Source: an uncultured cyanobacterium (lineage in GTDB: Bacteria; Cyanobacteriota; Cyanobacteriia; Cyanobacteriales; CAWCAG01). From it: DNA of 64,000 bases. The notes beneath the pieces are model-generated. The model searched no databases and was not told the DNA's origin. It was given only the letters and a program-made list of their open reading frames with translations. This document shows, one piece after another, positions 1 to 9,600 of the stretch. Positions within the stretch are counted from its first letter, which is position 1; each line of letters begins with the position of its first letter. The stretch covers positions 727,525-791,524 of the forward strand of contig CAWDOD010000011.1 of the NCBI GenBank assembly GCA_963803805.1, written 5' to 3'. The position numbers were made by a program, and so were the translations under genes.

Positions 1-117
1 TGCAATCCTCTTTAATCTTAAGCTAATAGTGTAAGTGATTACTGTTTCAAAAGTACTAGGACAGAATTGAGTTAGTCTTGATATTTGTTTAACAAGTCTC
101 TCGAATAAGCAAAATCT

Positions 118-549
118 CTACTTATAATTTTCTGGAGGATGCCAGCCACTTTCAACCCAACGTAACCTAGCTGCAACAATAACCGAGTTATTCATTCGTA
201 AAGCTGCAATAGTTGCTCTACCTATAGCTGTCATACCTTCTACCTTTGTGCCATCATTACTCCAAGCAAAATGTTCTAACCAATCCTGCTTACGTGGATT
301 AAATAAAGGTGAAATATTCCCAGTTAAAGGGTCTTTTGCTTGAGTTAAACTGCCTTTAAATTCATTGCAAGGACGACAAGCTAGACAAACATTCTCGAAA
401 GTAGTATTCCCACTTTTAGAAATGGGTTGAATATGATCGTAAGTCATAGGAATACCGCTATTTTCTTCTTTGGTTTGGCAATAACAGCAACAACGACCAT
501 CTTGTTGAATAATTCTTGTCTTTAGAGTCTCAGGGATATAAGCAGACAC
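118..549 (-). CDS. HNH endonuclease (McrA-like, Zn-binding)
   Basis: CxYC...DHIQP..GG-like..N..LACRPCN motif, followed by the LFNPR...W.EHF.W tail of a common cyanobacterial HNH family. Confidence 0.9.
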   Translation of the reverse strand: MSAYIPETLKTRIIQQDGRCCCYCQTKEENSGIPMTYDHIQPISKSGNTTFENVCLACRPCNEFKGSLTQAKDPLTGNISPLFNPRKQDWLEHFAWSNDGTKVEGMTAIGRATIAALRMNNSVIVAARLRWVESGWHPPENYK

Positions 550-554
550 AGTAT

Positions 555-959
555 TTACAGTCTAGGTAGCTTGTAACCTCGCCAACGAAGCAAAACAGCA
601 GCTTGAGCTTTTAATAACATGAAAAGATCCGCTTCTTGCCGTAGTTTTTGTAGTTCTAATTTTTCTGCTGGTGTTAAAGTTTCGCTTTGATTCTTCTCCA
701 ACAAAAGATTATACCTTCCCATCTCAGCATTTGTTTTCTGGCTTCTAGCAATTTCCCAAAGGCTATCATCATCTAACTTATCTAAGGCAGCAAGTGCGGT
801 TTGAAACTCATCAGGTACATTATCCCATGCAGGAGGGCTACCTACTTTTAAGGCCCTTAGTACAATCTCTTCTAAAGGACGTTGGGTTGCTTGGGCTGTG
901 TTTACTAGCCGTTGGTAAAGTAGTTGAGGAATTTCTAAGGTAAGAGTTGCAGTTGACAT
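555..959 (-). CDS. Hypothetical partner of the HNH nuclease, with a possible ribbon-helix-helix-like N-terminus (antitoxin-like)
   Basis: LTLEIPQLLYQRL...RPLEEIVLRAL N-terminus; stop lies 5 nt before the HNH start. Confidence 0.6.
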   Translation of the reverse strand: MSTATLTLEIPQLLYQRLVNTAQATQRPLEEIVLRALKVGSPPAWDNVPDEFQTALAALDKLDDDSLWEIARSQKTNAEMGRYNLLLEKNQSETLTPAEKLELQKLRQEADLFMLLKAQAAVLLRWRGYKLPRL

Positions 960-1064
960 AGAGTTTTTGTTTGTTCATGATATACGAGTTTTTATTGATG
1001 ATAGTTTCAGGGGTTTTGTGAAACATTGAGAGACTGAGTTTTCCTGTGATCGCGACCCTAAACT

Positions 1065-2015
1065 TCATGCTTTGTAATACTTGCTGCTAAATCCTACTGA
1101 CAGTGGTGCGCCATCATACTGACAAGATACACCTATCTTCAATTTTCTTTTGTGGTCATAGTAAGTATGAAAGTGTGTCTGTTTACGGACTAGTTCTAGT
1201 TCAGATGGATTTATGCTTAAGACTCCTAAAATTGCCTCCGAATCAAATGGCAGACTCTGACTCCAAGGCGCAGTCTTTTTTAGTTCAATATCTACATAGC
1301 TAATAAAATTTCCTTCTGCTTCTAACAGCATATGAGCTTGCTCGGAGTCGACAATAATGTTACCTACTTGATTAGGTTTACATCCGACGACTCTTGCTAC
1401 ATCTGCAATAGACATTCCAATATACTGAAAAGGACGGTGGAAGGGTGTGCTTAATATATGTAATCCAGAACCGATAGCTCTATGTATAGCACCTGCAAGT
1501 GTTAATGTACCAAGATAATCACCATTTTGAGGCATAGCAGATGCCTGTGAATTGACGATTGAAACTAGTTTAGGGGGTAAGGTGTTTGTATCTTGCTCAA
1601 AAATATTTTGAACAGGAACTGAAATTGAAACAGTTCGTTGTCCTTGCCACTCTTTACTGAGTGAACTAAGAAAATCTTGCGGAAAAGACCAATAAAATAG
1701 CTTCTTTTGACAATCAGCAATGATTAGAAATGTTGGATTTGACTGAAGTAACCAATAATTGAGAGTTTTTACTTCAATGGGAACTTTAATTGAATTACTT
1801 TCTAATTCAGTTTCTTCCTTACCTTTGCATTGAATATTAAACAGCTTTCCAGTTGGATGTTCTTCTTGCATAACTTCACAGATGAAGTCAATACCAAAGT
1901 CTTTATCTTGAGGAACAGGAATAACATTACAAAATTTTGTAAAAACAGAACTGAAAAGTTCAGCAGCAGTTACACCGATCCTTTGAGATTTAGTACGTTT
2001 AGGTAACTTAGCCAT
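1065..2015 (-). CDS. DUF4365-like PD-(D/E)XK nuclease-domain protein
   Basis: D.GIDF..E...F.IQCKG...NYW motif; likely start is the ATG of MAKLPKR. Confidence 0.75.
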   Translation of the reverse strand: MAKLPKRTKSQRIGVTAAELFSSVFTKFCNVIPVPQDKDFGIDFICEVMQEEHPTGKLFNIQCKGKEETELESNSIKVPIEVKTLNYWLLQSNPTFLIIADCQKKLFYWSFPQDFLSSLSKEWQGQRTVSISVPVQNIFEQDTNTLPPKLVSIVNSQASAMPQNGDYLGTLTLAGAIHRAIGSGLHILSTPFHRPFQYIGMSIADVARVVGCKPNQVGNIIVDSEQAHMLLEAEGNFISYVDIELKKTAPWSQSLPFDSEAILGVLSINPSELELVRKQTHFHTYYDHKRKLKIGVSCQYDGAPLSVGFSSKYYKA

Positions 2016-2096
2016 CACAATACTTGATCGCAATCTTCTTTACCTTAAATATTCTAAACTAGATAAAGCCAGCACCAAATCAAAGAGGAAACCAAC

Positions 2097-4727
2097 GTGG
2101 TAGTTGCAATCGAGGAAATTTTAACCCCGGAAATTAATAAACCGGCGCGTTACCTGGGTAATGAATTAGGTGCAGTACGCAAACCTTGGGCTGATGCCCA
2201 GGTGCGTTGGGTTTTGACTTATCCAGAAATATATGAAGTGGGGGCCTCTAATTTAGGGCATATCATCCTTTACAACGTTTTGAATGCCCAACCTCAACAA
2301 CTATGCGATCGCTCCTATTTACCTGCCCCTGATTTAGCAGCGAAGTTAAGAGAGACACAAACTCCTTTATTTGCCTTAGAATCTCGCCGTTCCCTCGTAG
2401 ATTTTGATATCTTAGGTTTTAGTCTTAGTTATGAGTTGGGGGCAACTAATATCCTGGAGATGTTGGATTTAGCTGGTATTCCCCTTACTTGGCGAGAAAG
2501 GGAAGCAGGAGATTATCCCCTCATTTTCGCTGGGGGGCAAACCGCCACATCTAACCCTGAACCCTATGCTGACTTTTTCGATTTTGTGGCATTAGGGGAT
2601 GGAGAAGAGTTACTACCGGAAATTGGTTTAGTGATTCAAGAAGCTAAAGTTGCTGGTTTAAGCAAAGAAGAATTACTTTTAGATTTAGCACAAGTTCCTG
2701 GGGTTTATGTACCTCGCTTTTACAATGCAGCAGCAGATGGTTCAGTACATCCCAACCATCCAGACGTACCAAAGCGAATATTGCGCCGGGTAGCTACCCC
2801 TATTCCTGCTTATTCTATCGGTTTGGTTCCCTACGTTCAAACCGTTCATGATCGCTTAACCGTAGAAATAAGAAGGGGTTGCACCCGTGGTTGTCGCTTT
2901 TGTCAACCGGGAATGCTAACTCGCCCTGCTACGGATGTAGAACCAGCTAAGGTGGTGGATGCCATTGAAAAAGGAATGCAAGCTACTGGTTATAATGAGT
3001 TTTCCCTCCTTTCTTTAAGTTGTTCTGACTATCTTTCCTTACCTGCTGTAGGCATGGAAGTGAGGAATCGCCTCAAAGATGAGAATATTTCCCTTTCCCT
3101 TCCTAGTCAAAGGGTTGATCGCTTTGATGAAAACATTGCTAAAATTATCGGTGGTACTCGCAAATCCGGGTTAACCTTTGCCCCGGAAGCAGGAACCCAA
3201 CGACTACGGGATGTGATTAACAAAGGACTTACCAATGAAGAACTATTGCGGGGGGTAAAAACCGCTTTTGAACAGGGTTGGGACAAAATCAAACTCTACT
3301 TTATGATTGGTTTGCCAGGGGAAACCGATGCCGATGTTATTGGTATAGCCGAAACTATTCGCTGGTTGCGTCAAGAATGTCGCCTCAAAGGTAGAAAAAG
3401 ATTAGATTTTAATATCACCATCTCCAACTTCACCCCGAAACCCCATACACCCTTTCAATGGCACTCGGTATCAACCTCAGAATTTAGCCGCAAGCAACAG
3501 TTACTCAAAGCAGAATTTCGTCATCTTAAAGGAGTTAAGGTTAACTATACAGACACCCGCATCTCTGCAATGGAAGACTTTGTGGGGAGGGGCGATCGCA
3601 ACCTTGCTGCGGTGATAAAAAGGGCTTGGGAATTGGGGGCGGGGATGGACTCTTGGTGGGAAAACCTAGACAAAGCCTTTCAAGCTTGGGAAAAGGCGAT
3701 CGCAGATGCAGGTTTAACCTGGAAATACCGCCAGGTGACAGAGGGGGAGTGGAATGTCATGGAAAGTGATAACGAGGAAGTGGCAAGTAAAGGTCGTCGC
3801 CAGGAGTATAATTGGGATGAAAGGTTAAACATAAGATTACCTTGGGATCATTTAGATACAGGTATTGATAAAGAGTGGCTTAAAGCTGACTTACAACGGG
3901 CTTTAGAAGCAACTATTGTACCTGATTGTTCTTATGAAGGTTGTTCTCAATGTGGCATCTGTGGTACAGATTTTGGTCATAATATTGTCGCGGAAGTGCC
4001 GCCGATTCCGGAATTTGATGGAGAATTTAAACCTAATCAAAAGCGGGTACAAAGGTTAAGAATTTGGTTTGGTAAACAGGGGGAAATGGCATTAGTTAGT
4101 CATTTAGATTTAGTACGGCTATTTGATCGGGCTATACGTCGTGCTTCTCTGCCCATTTCCTTTACCGGAGGCTACCATCCAGGGCCAAGAATTTCTATTG
4201 CTAGTGCTTTATCATTAGGGGCAACTAGTAGCGGGGAAATTGTGGATTTTGAATTAACTGAAGCCATGGATATTAAGACTTTCCAGTCAAGATTAGCGGC
4301 TCAGTTACCTAAAGATATTACCATTTTTCGTAGTGAAGAAATTGCTATCAAGTCCCTTTCAGCTAATCGTTTATTAGAAAAAGCAGAGTATTTTCTTACC
4401 ATTGCAACGACAGAAACAGTATCTCTAGAAACCTGGCAACAATGGTTAGATGAAATTAAACAAAGTCAAGAAATTAGCTGGGAGAAACTTACTAAATCCG
4501 GCAAGAAGAAAGTAATTAATTTGCGCGCTCGCCTTTTTGAATTAGAGTTAATGTCTCAATCTCCAGAAAATCGTCAAGTGCAACTACGTTACATTGGTAG
4601 CTATCGTAACGACGGCACTCTTTTACAGCCAGAACATTTTATCTATATGTTAGAAGCAGTCACAAAGCAAGAGTTTCAACTTTTAAAGGTTCATCGCCAG
4701 CAATTGATATTAGCCCAAGAATGTTGA
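2097..4727 (+). CDS. TIGR03960-family B12-binding radical SAM protein with C-terminal TIGR03936 radical-SAM-linked domain
   Basis: KPARYLGNE N-terminus, RGCTRGCRFC CxxxCxxC motif, C-terminal SHLDLVRLFDRA...GGYHPGPR. Confidence 0.92.
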   Translation: MVVAIEEILTPEINKPARYLGNELGAVRKPWADAQVRWVLTYPEIYEVGASNLGHIILYNVLNAQPQQLCDRSYLPAPDLAAKLRETQTPLFALESRRSLVDFDILGFSLSYELGATNILEMLDLAGIPLTWREREAGDYPLIFAGGQTATSNPEPYADFFDFVALGDGEELLPEIGLVIQEAKVAGLSKEELLLDLAQVPGVYVPRFYNAAADGSVHPNHPDVPKRILRRVATPIPAYSIGLVPYVQTVHDRLTVEIRRGCTRGCRFCQPGMLTRPATDVEPAKVVDAIEKGMQATGYNEFSLLSLSCSDYLSLPAVGMEVRNRLKDENISLSLPSQRVDRFDENIAKIIGGTRKSGLTFAPEAGTQRLRDVINKGLTNEELLRGVKTAFEQGWDKIKLYFMIGLPGETDADVIGIAETIRWLRQECRLKGRKRLDFNITISNFTPKPHTPFQWHSVSTSEFSRKQQLLKAEFRHLKGVKVNYTDTRISAMEDFVGRGDRNLAAVIKRAWELGAGMDSWWENLDKAFQAWEKAIADAGLTWKYRQVTEGEWNVMESDNEEVASKGRRQEYNWDERLNIRLPWDHLDTGIDKEWLKADLQRALEATIVPDCSYEGCSQCGICGTDFGHNIVAEVPPIPEFDGEFKPNQKRVQRLRIWFGKQGEMALVSHLDLVRLFDRAIRRASLPISFTGGYHPGPRISIASALSLGATSSGEIVDFELTEAMDIKTFQSRLAAQLPKDITIFRSEEIAIKSLSANRLLEKAEYFLTIATTETVSLETWQQWLDEIKQSQEISWEKLTKSGKKKVINLRARLFELELMSQSPENRQVQLRYIGSYRNDGTLLQPEHFIYMLEAVTKQEFQLLKVHRQQLILAQEC

Positions 4728-4971
4728 ATTGCTCTTTTATTGCTTGTTGTTGGGCTGTCCTTTACCGGTTTTTACTATGAGGTTGATAGGAGCGAATTAT
4801 TTTTGCACTTTTAAGGTTGCGATCGCGAGAGATTAATCTTGCAACAAACCATCTCTTAATTTAATCAGGACGCACTAACTAAGTAATAGGTGGTAATTAA
4901 TGATATTATGCTCAAGTGTTATTAGCAATTAACTAGAAAAAACTCATTTGTGCAGTTATCAGGAATTAAAG

Positions 4972-5541
4972 ATGTCTACAATTAGAAACAGGGGTAGAAT
5001 TAAAGTTAGAAAATCTTTAAGAAAGCCTAACAACAAAATTATTTTAACTCCTGAAGGGGTTGACTTATTAACACAAATAGCCACTAATTATCATCTATCT
5101 AAGTCTGAATTGGTTGAGTACTTAGCTAGAGGTTCTCTTGCTGTGGTTAATCCGGCTGCGAAACTAACCATTAATTTGGGAGAATCGAATCAGGTTATAC
5201 AAAAAGAGACGGTGTCTTCAGAAACTAATGAGCTATTAGAAAAGCGTTTAGAAGAGAAAGATGAGCAAATTCGGGAATTGCAGCAGCACCAAAACTATCA
5301 AGAAATAAAAAGTGATTCTTGCCTACAACTCAAAATTGAGGAGTTAGAGCAAGAAGTCCTTATTAAACAAGAGCAAATAGAAAAGCTAGAGAAGGAATTT
5401 TCTCAGCTAGAAGCTGAAGAAGAAGAGATAATTAAACCAGAAATAGATTGGTTAGCTATAACGGCTCTGTTACTAGCTTTAACGATGATCTTGGCTCTAT
5501 TTATAAGCCATTATTACTTTGGTGCTATTACTCCAAGCTAA
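4972..5541 (+). CDS. Hypothetical protein: putative DNA-binding N-terminus, coiled coil, C-terminal TM helix
   Basis: LTPEG..LL..IA....LSKSELVE resembles ribbon-helix-helix; E/Q/K-rich heptads; hydrophobic C-terminus. Confidence 0.55.
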   Translation: MSTIRNRGRIKVRKSLRKPNNKIILTPEGVDLLTQIATNYHLSKSELVEYLARGSLAVVNPAAKLTINLGESNQVIQKETVSSETNELLEKRLEEKDEQIRELQQHQNYQEIKSDSCLQLKIEELEQEVLIKQEQIEKLEKEFSQLEAEEEEIIKPEIDWLAITALLLALTMILALFISHYYFGAITPS

Positions 5542-5548
5542 CAAAAGG

Positions 5549-5592
5549 TGGTGAATTTTGAGTTAGCATTCAGCTAAACTCAAAATTCACCA
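5549..5592. terminator. Long hairpin between convergent genes, probable terminator
   Basis: TGGTGAATTTTGAGTTAGC...GCTAAACTCAAAATTCACCA inverted repeat with one bulge, just after the stop at 5541. Confidence 0.7.
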
Positions 5593-5609
5593 AAGAAAAA
5601 TATTATTAA

Positions 5610-5727
5610 TTAGAGAACTCCAATAAATAAAATATCCTCGCCAAGTATAAGATTTTAGCAACTAGCAACTAGCAACTAGCCATTAGCTTATCGCTTTTGG
5701 ATAAGTCTTTTTTTGGCTCTCTCTTAC
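5610..5727 (-). repeat. 118-bp dispersed MITE-like element, copy 1 (reverse complement of 11533-11650)
   Basis: Near-identical to the reverse complement of 11533-11650; internal (TAGCAAC)n heptamers; imperfect terminal IRs; overlaps the TAA stop at 5724-5726. Confidence 0.85.
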
Positions 5728-6428
5728 TTAACTGTCGGAGTCAATAGGGTTACTTTACTACTATCAACCATAATTGTCCAAAAACCGCGATCGCTTAAAT
5801 TTTTCAACATAGCATTTGCTTCACTTTCGCTAGTAGTATGAATAGCAATCAAATAAGGGCGAGCTAGGTAAGAAACTAAACCGATTTCTTTACTTAATAG
5901 CTGTTGTAATTGGTTTGCTATTTCCGGCTGATTTACGTAGTCGATTAAAATAGCATAACCTGTACCTAAAGCTTGAGGATTATAGCTAGGAAGATTATTA
6001 GTTTGAGGAAGAGCTACAGAGATGGTTTCCGAAGTGTTAGGTAGCCCTTGAGTAATTATAGGAGGAGGTTCAGAAACCACTTCTAAAGGTAGTGTTTGAG
6101 AACTTTCTACAATCACTGCCGTTAAATCTAAGTTTTCTTGAAAGTATTGCCCCCATTCCTCGGCATCTTCCCGGTTAATAAAACTACCAATATGAGTAAC
6201 ACTCTTGCCTAAATAGTCACAAAAAGAAACTTCTATATCATTAGGTATAGCTTGAAGAACTTTTGCCCTTTTATCCTCAGTTTCTGTAACTATTAGCAAT
6301 ACATATTCATTATTTTCAGGAACAACACAACTCAACAAAGTAGATTGAGCTACCGAAGGAGTAGCTAGAGTAACAGGTAATAGGTAACAGGTAATAGGTA
6401 ATAGGTAATAGGTAATATTAGTTCGCAC
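5724..6428 (-). CDS. Secreted hypothetical protein (possibly SPOR-like domains)
   Basis: Signal-peptide-like N-terminus (TPSVAQS) encoded partly by (TTACCTA)n heptamers; two alpha/beta segments joined by a Pro-rich linker. Confidence 0.55.
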   Translation of the reverse strand: MRTNITYYLLPITCYLLPVTLATPSVAQSTLLSCVVPENNEYVLLIVTETEDKRAKVLQAIPNDIEVSFCDYLGKSVTHIGSFINREDAEEWGQYFQENLDLTAVIVESSQTLPLEVVSEPPPIITQGLPNTSETISVALPQTNNLPSYNPQALGTGYAILIDYVNQPEIANQLQQLLSKEIGLVSYLARPYLIAIHTTSESEANAMLKNLSDRGFWTIMVDSSKVTLLTPTVK

Positions 6429-6619
6429 AGTTATTTCATGGGGTTGGGTGGGGTAAACTAAATTAGCAGATAAGCCACTATTACGAATAGTTAACTCGAC
6501 CTATGGCTAGGCTTTTATGTCCTGAAGGAACTTAAGGAGCCATATATTCCGTCAATATTCAGTAACACTCGTTACTAAGTTAAGCTGGAATAAAGCAGGT
6601 GCGCTTCAAGGAAAAAGCT

Positions 6620-9600
6620 ATGGTAGTTCCTATTTCAATTGTTATTACTACTTATAATCGAGAAAAGTTTCTCGGATTTGCCATAGAGAGTATTTTAAGG
6701 CAAACCTGGCTAGATTTCGAGCTATTGATTTGGGATGATGGTTCTACCGATAATTCCCTGGCTGTTGCTCAAAACTATGCCCAAGAAGATCAACGAATTC
6801 GGGTAATTGCCGCAGAACATCAAGGTAGAATACTCGCTTTAAAAGGTGCGATCGCCCAAACTCAGGGGCAATATCTAGCTTGGGTAGATAGTGATGATCT
6901 TCTTGCACCGACGGCTTTAGAAGAGACTTTAGTTGTCTTAGAAGCTAATTCTGACACAGGTATGGTGTATACCGATTATTGGGATCTTCATGACAATGGT
7001 AAAGTACTTGGTTATGGTCAGCGAACTAAGGTTGCTTATTCTCCTCATCAACTGCTAACTAATTTTATGACCTTTCACTTCCGGTTGATACGTCGTACTG
7101 TTTTTGAGGAAGTGGGAGGTATTGATAGCCAATCTTTATATACAGAAGATTATGATCTTTGTTTACGGCTTTCTGAAGCAACAGAAATTAAACATTTAGC
7201 CAAACCTCTCTATTATTATCGCAGCAACCCAGAGAGCTTTTCTTACCAAAAAAGAGCCGAACAAATTTATGCTAGCTATGGGGCAACTTTAAGGGCATTA
7301 AAACGAAGAGGACTTAGCGATCGCTACGAGGCAGTTGTTAAAACCAAAGGTTTTGGTTGCAAGATGGAAGCTTGGTTAGGTTTACGCCCTCTCAAAAATC
7401 TTGCAACGAGGTTTTTAAATTTACCCATCAAGTTTTTAAAAACTAATGCAGGTTTGAGTTTTTTCCCCACCTTAGTCACAACTCTATGTTTAATCCCTAC
7501 CTTAAACGCCCAGGCACAAACCATTAATTCCGCCAGTGATGGTACAGGAACTATTGTTAACCAAACTGGCAATCAGTTTAATATCCAAGGGGGAAGCTTA
7601 TCAGGAAATGGGGGCAATCTATTTCACAGTTTCCAAGACTTTGGGCTTTCTGCATCCCAAACTGCCAACTTCCTTTCTCAACCTGGCATTAATAATATTT
7701 TAGGTCGAGTTGTCGGGGGCAATGCTTCGGTAATTAATGGCTTAATTCAAATAACAGGAAGCAATGCCAACCTCTTTTTAATGAATCCCGCAGGTATGGT
7801 TTTTGGTAGCAATGCCCAATTAAATATTCCTGGTTCCTTTACCGCTACCACCGCTACAGGTATAGGTTTTGAAGGAGGAACTTTTAACAGCGTCGGCACA
7901 AGCGATTATAACTCTTTAGTAGGTAATCCTAATGCTTTTGTCTTCAACAGCTTACAACCGGGGGCAATTATTAATGCAGGGGATTTAGCCGTTACAACGG
8001 GTAACAACCTTTCCTTGATTGGCGGTACTGTTGCTAGTACAGGAACATTACAAGCCCAGGGGGGTAACATTACCATTAGTGCTGTACCCGGAAGTACTAG
8101 GGTAAGAATTAACCAAGCTGGACATATTTTAAGCTTAGAAATTGAACCACCTACTAACGCTCAAGGTGATCCTCTGCCCATTGTCCCTTTAATGTTACCG
8201 GAATTGTTAACAGGAAGTGATGTGGGGGATACAGGCTTAGAAGTTAACCCTCAAGGAGAAGCACGCTTAAGAAACTCTGACACTACCGTAGGAGTAGGAG
8301 ACGTGGCAGCAAATCAGTTAACCGCAGAAAGTGCCACCTTAACAGCAGCGAGTAACTTAACTTTAGTTGAAAGCAACTTACAAACTACAGGGGATTTAAA
8401 CCTCAAAGCAAAAGATACTGTTTATGCGAGGGATAGCGCCAACGCGCCTTTACAAATAAAAGCAGGGGGCAATCTCTACATTCAAGGGGACAAAGGTATT
8501 GATATTTTGGCTTTGCAACATACCCAAACTCCTTTTGTTAGCGGTGGCAACTTAAGCTTAGTTAGTGACGGCATTATTTCTGGGGATGCCCATTATCTCA
8601 GTGGCGGCAATTTCTCCATCCTTAACTTACAAGGAGATGGAGGCAACTTTGTTAGTTTTTATGACCCCATCATTAGTTCTACAGGGGATGTTACCTTTGG
8701 TAATTATACAGGGGTTTCTTTAAAAGTAGAAACTTTGGGCAGTATTAACGGTGGCAACATTATCATCAACGGAGCAGATACTCCCGGTGCTATACCGACA
8801 AGCGATCCTCACTTCACTGTCCTAACTACAGGTAACGGTGGGTTAGTTTTGCAAGCAGGAAAAACTAGCTTAGATAATACAGCTAATACACCCCAAACTA
8901 CAGGAGGAACTACTTTTAATGGTTCCGGGACTCCTACCACTGGAAGTATCAATGTAGGGGATATTGATGTCGGTTTTGATGGCTTTACCCATTACGGTGG
9001 CCCTGTGATTATTGAAGCCACTGGTAACGTGCAAACGGGAAATATTAGTACTTTTAATAACGATGATTTTGTAGTAGGCAGCGATCTCAGGGGAGATATT
9101 ACTATCACAACAACAGGTAATATTACCACAGGAGCAATCGATTCTTCTACAAACCTTAATTTTCCTAGCAATGATCAAAGTTTTGGTGGTGATATAAATT
9201 TAATCGCAGGAGGTCAAATCACCACAGGAGACATTAATTCCTCTGCTGTAACAGAAACCTTTGGAGGCGCAGAAGCAACTGGTGGTAATGTTACTTTAAC
9301 TGCAGGAACAACGCTCACCACGGGAACAATTAATGCTTCAGCATTAGCACAAGAAAATGATGGCGGTGGCCCTACCTTAGCAAGAGGGGGAAATGTTATT
9401 TTAACAGGTGGTTCAACTCCTGGTAGCAATATTATTTTTGGTGGTATCGATACTACTGCTATTGGAATACTTGGTCTTGGCAGCAATCAAGGTTTTGGGG
9501 GTCAAGTTACTGTCACAGCTAGCAACGGCACTGTAAGAGGTCTTCTCGGTGGCAACACCGTTGCTACTGGGGGTACGACCCAAGGTGGAGATGTTAGCAT

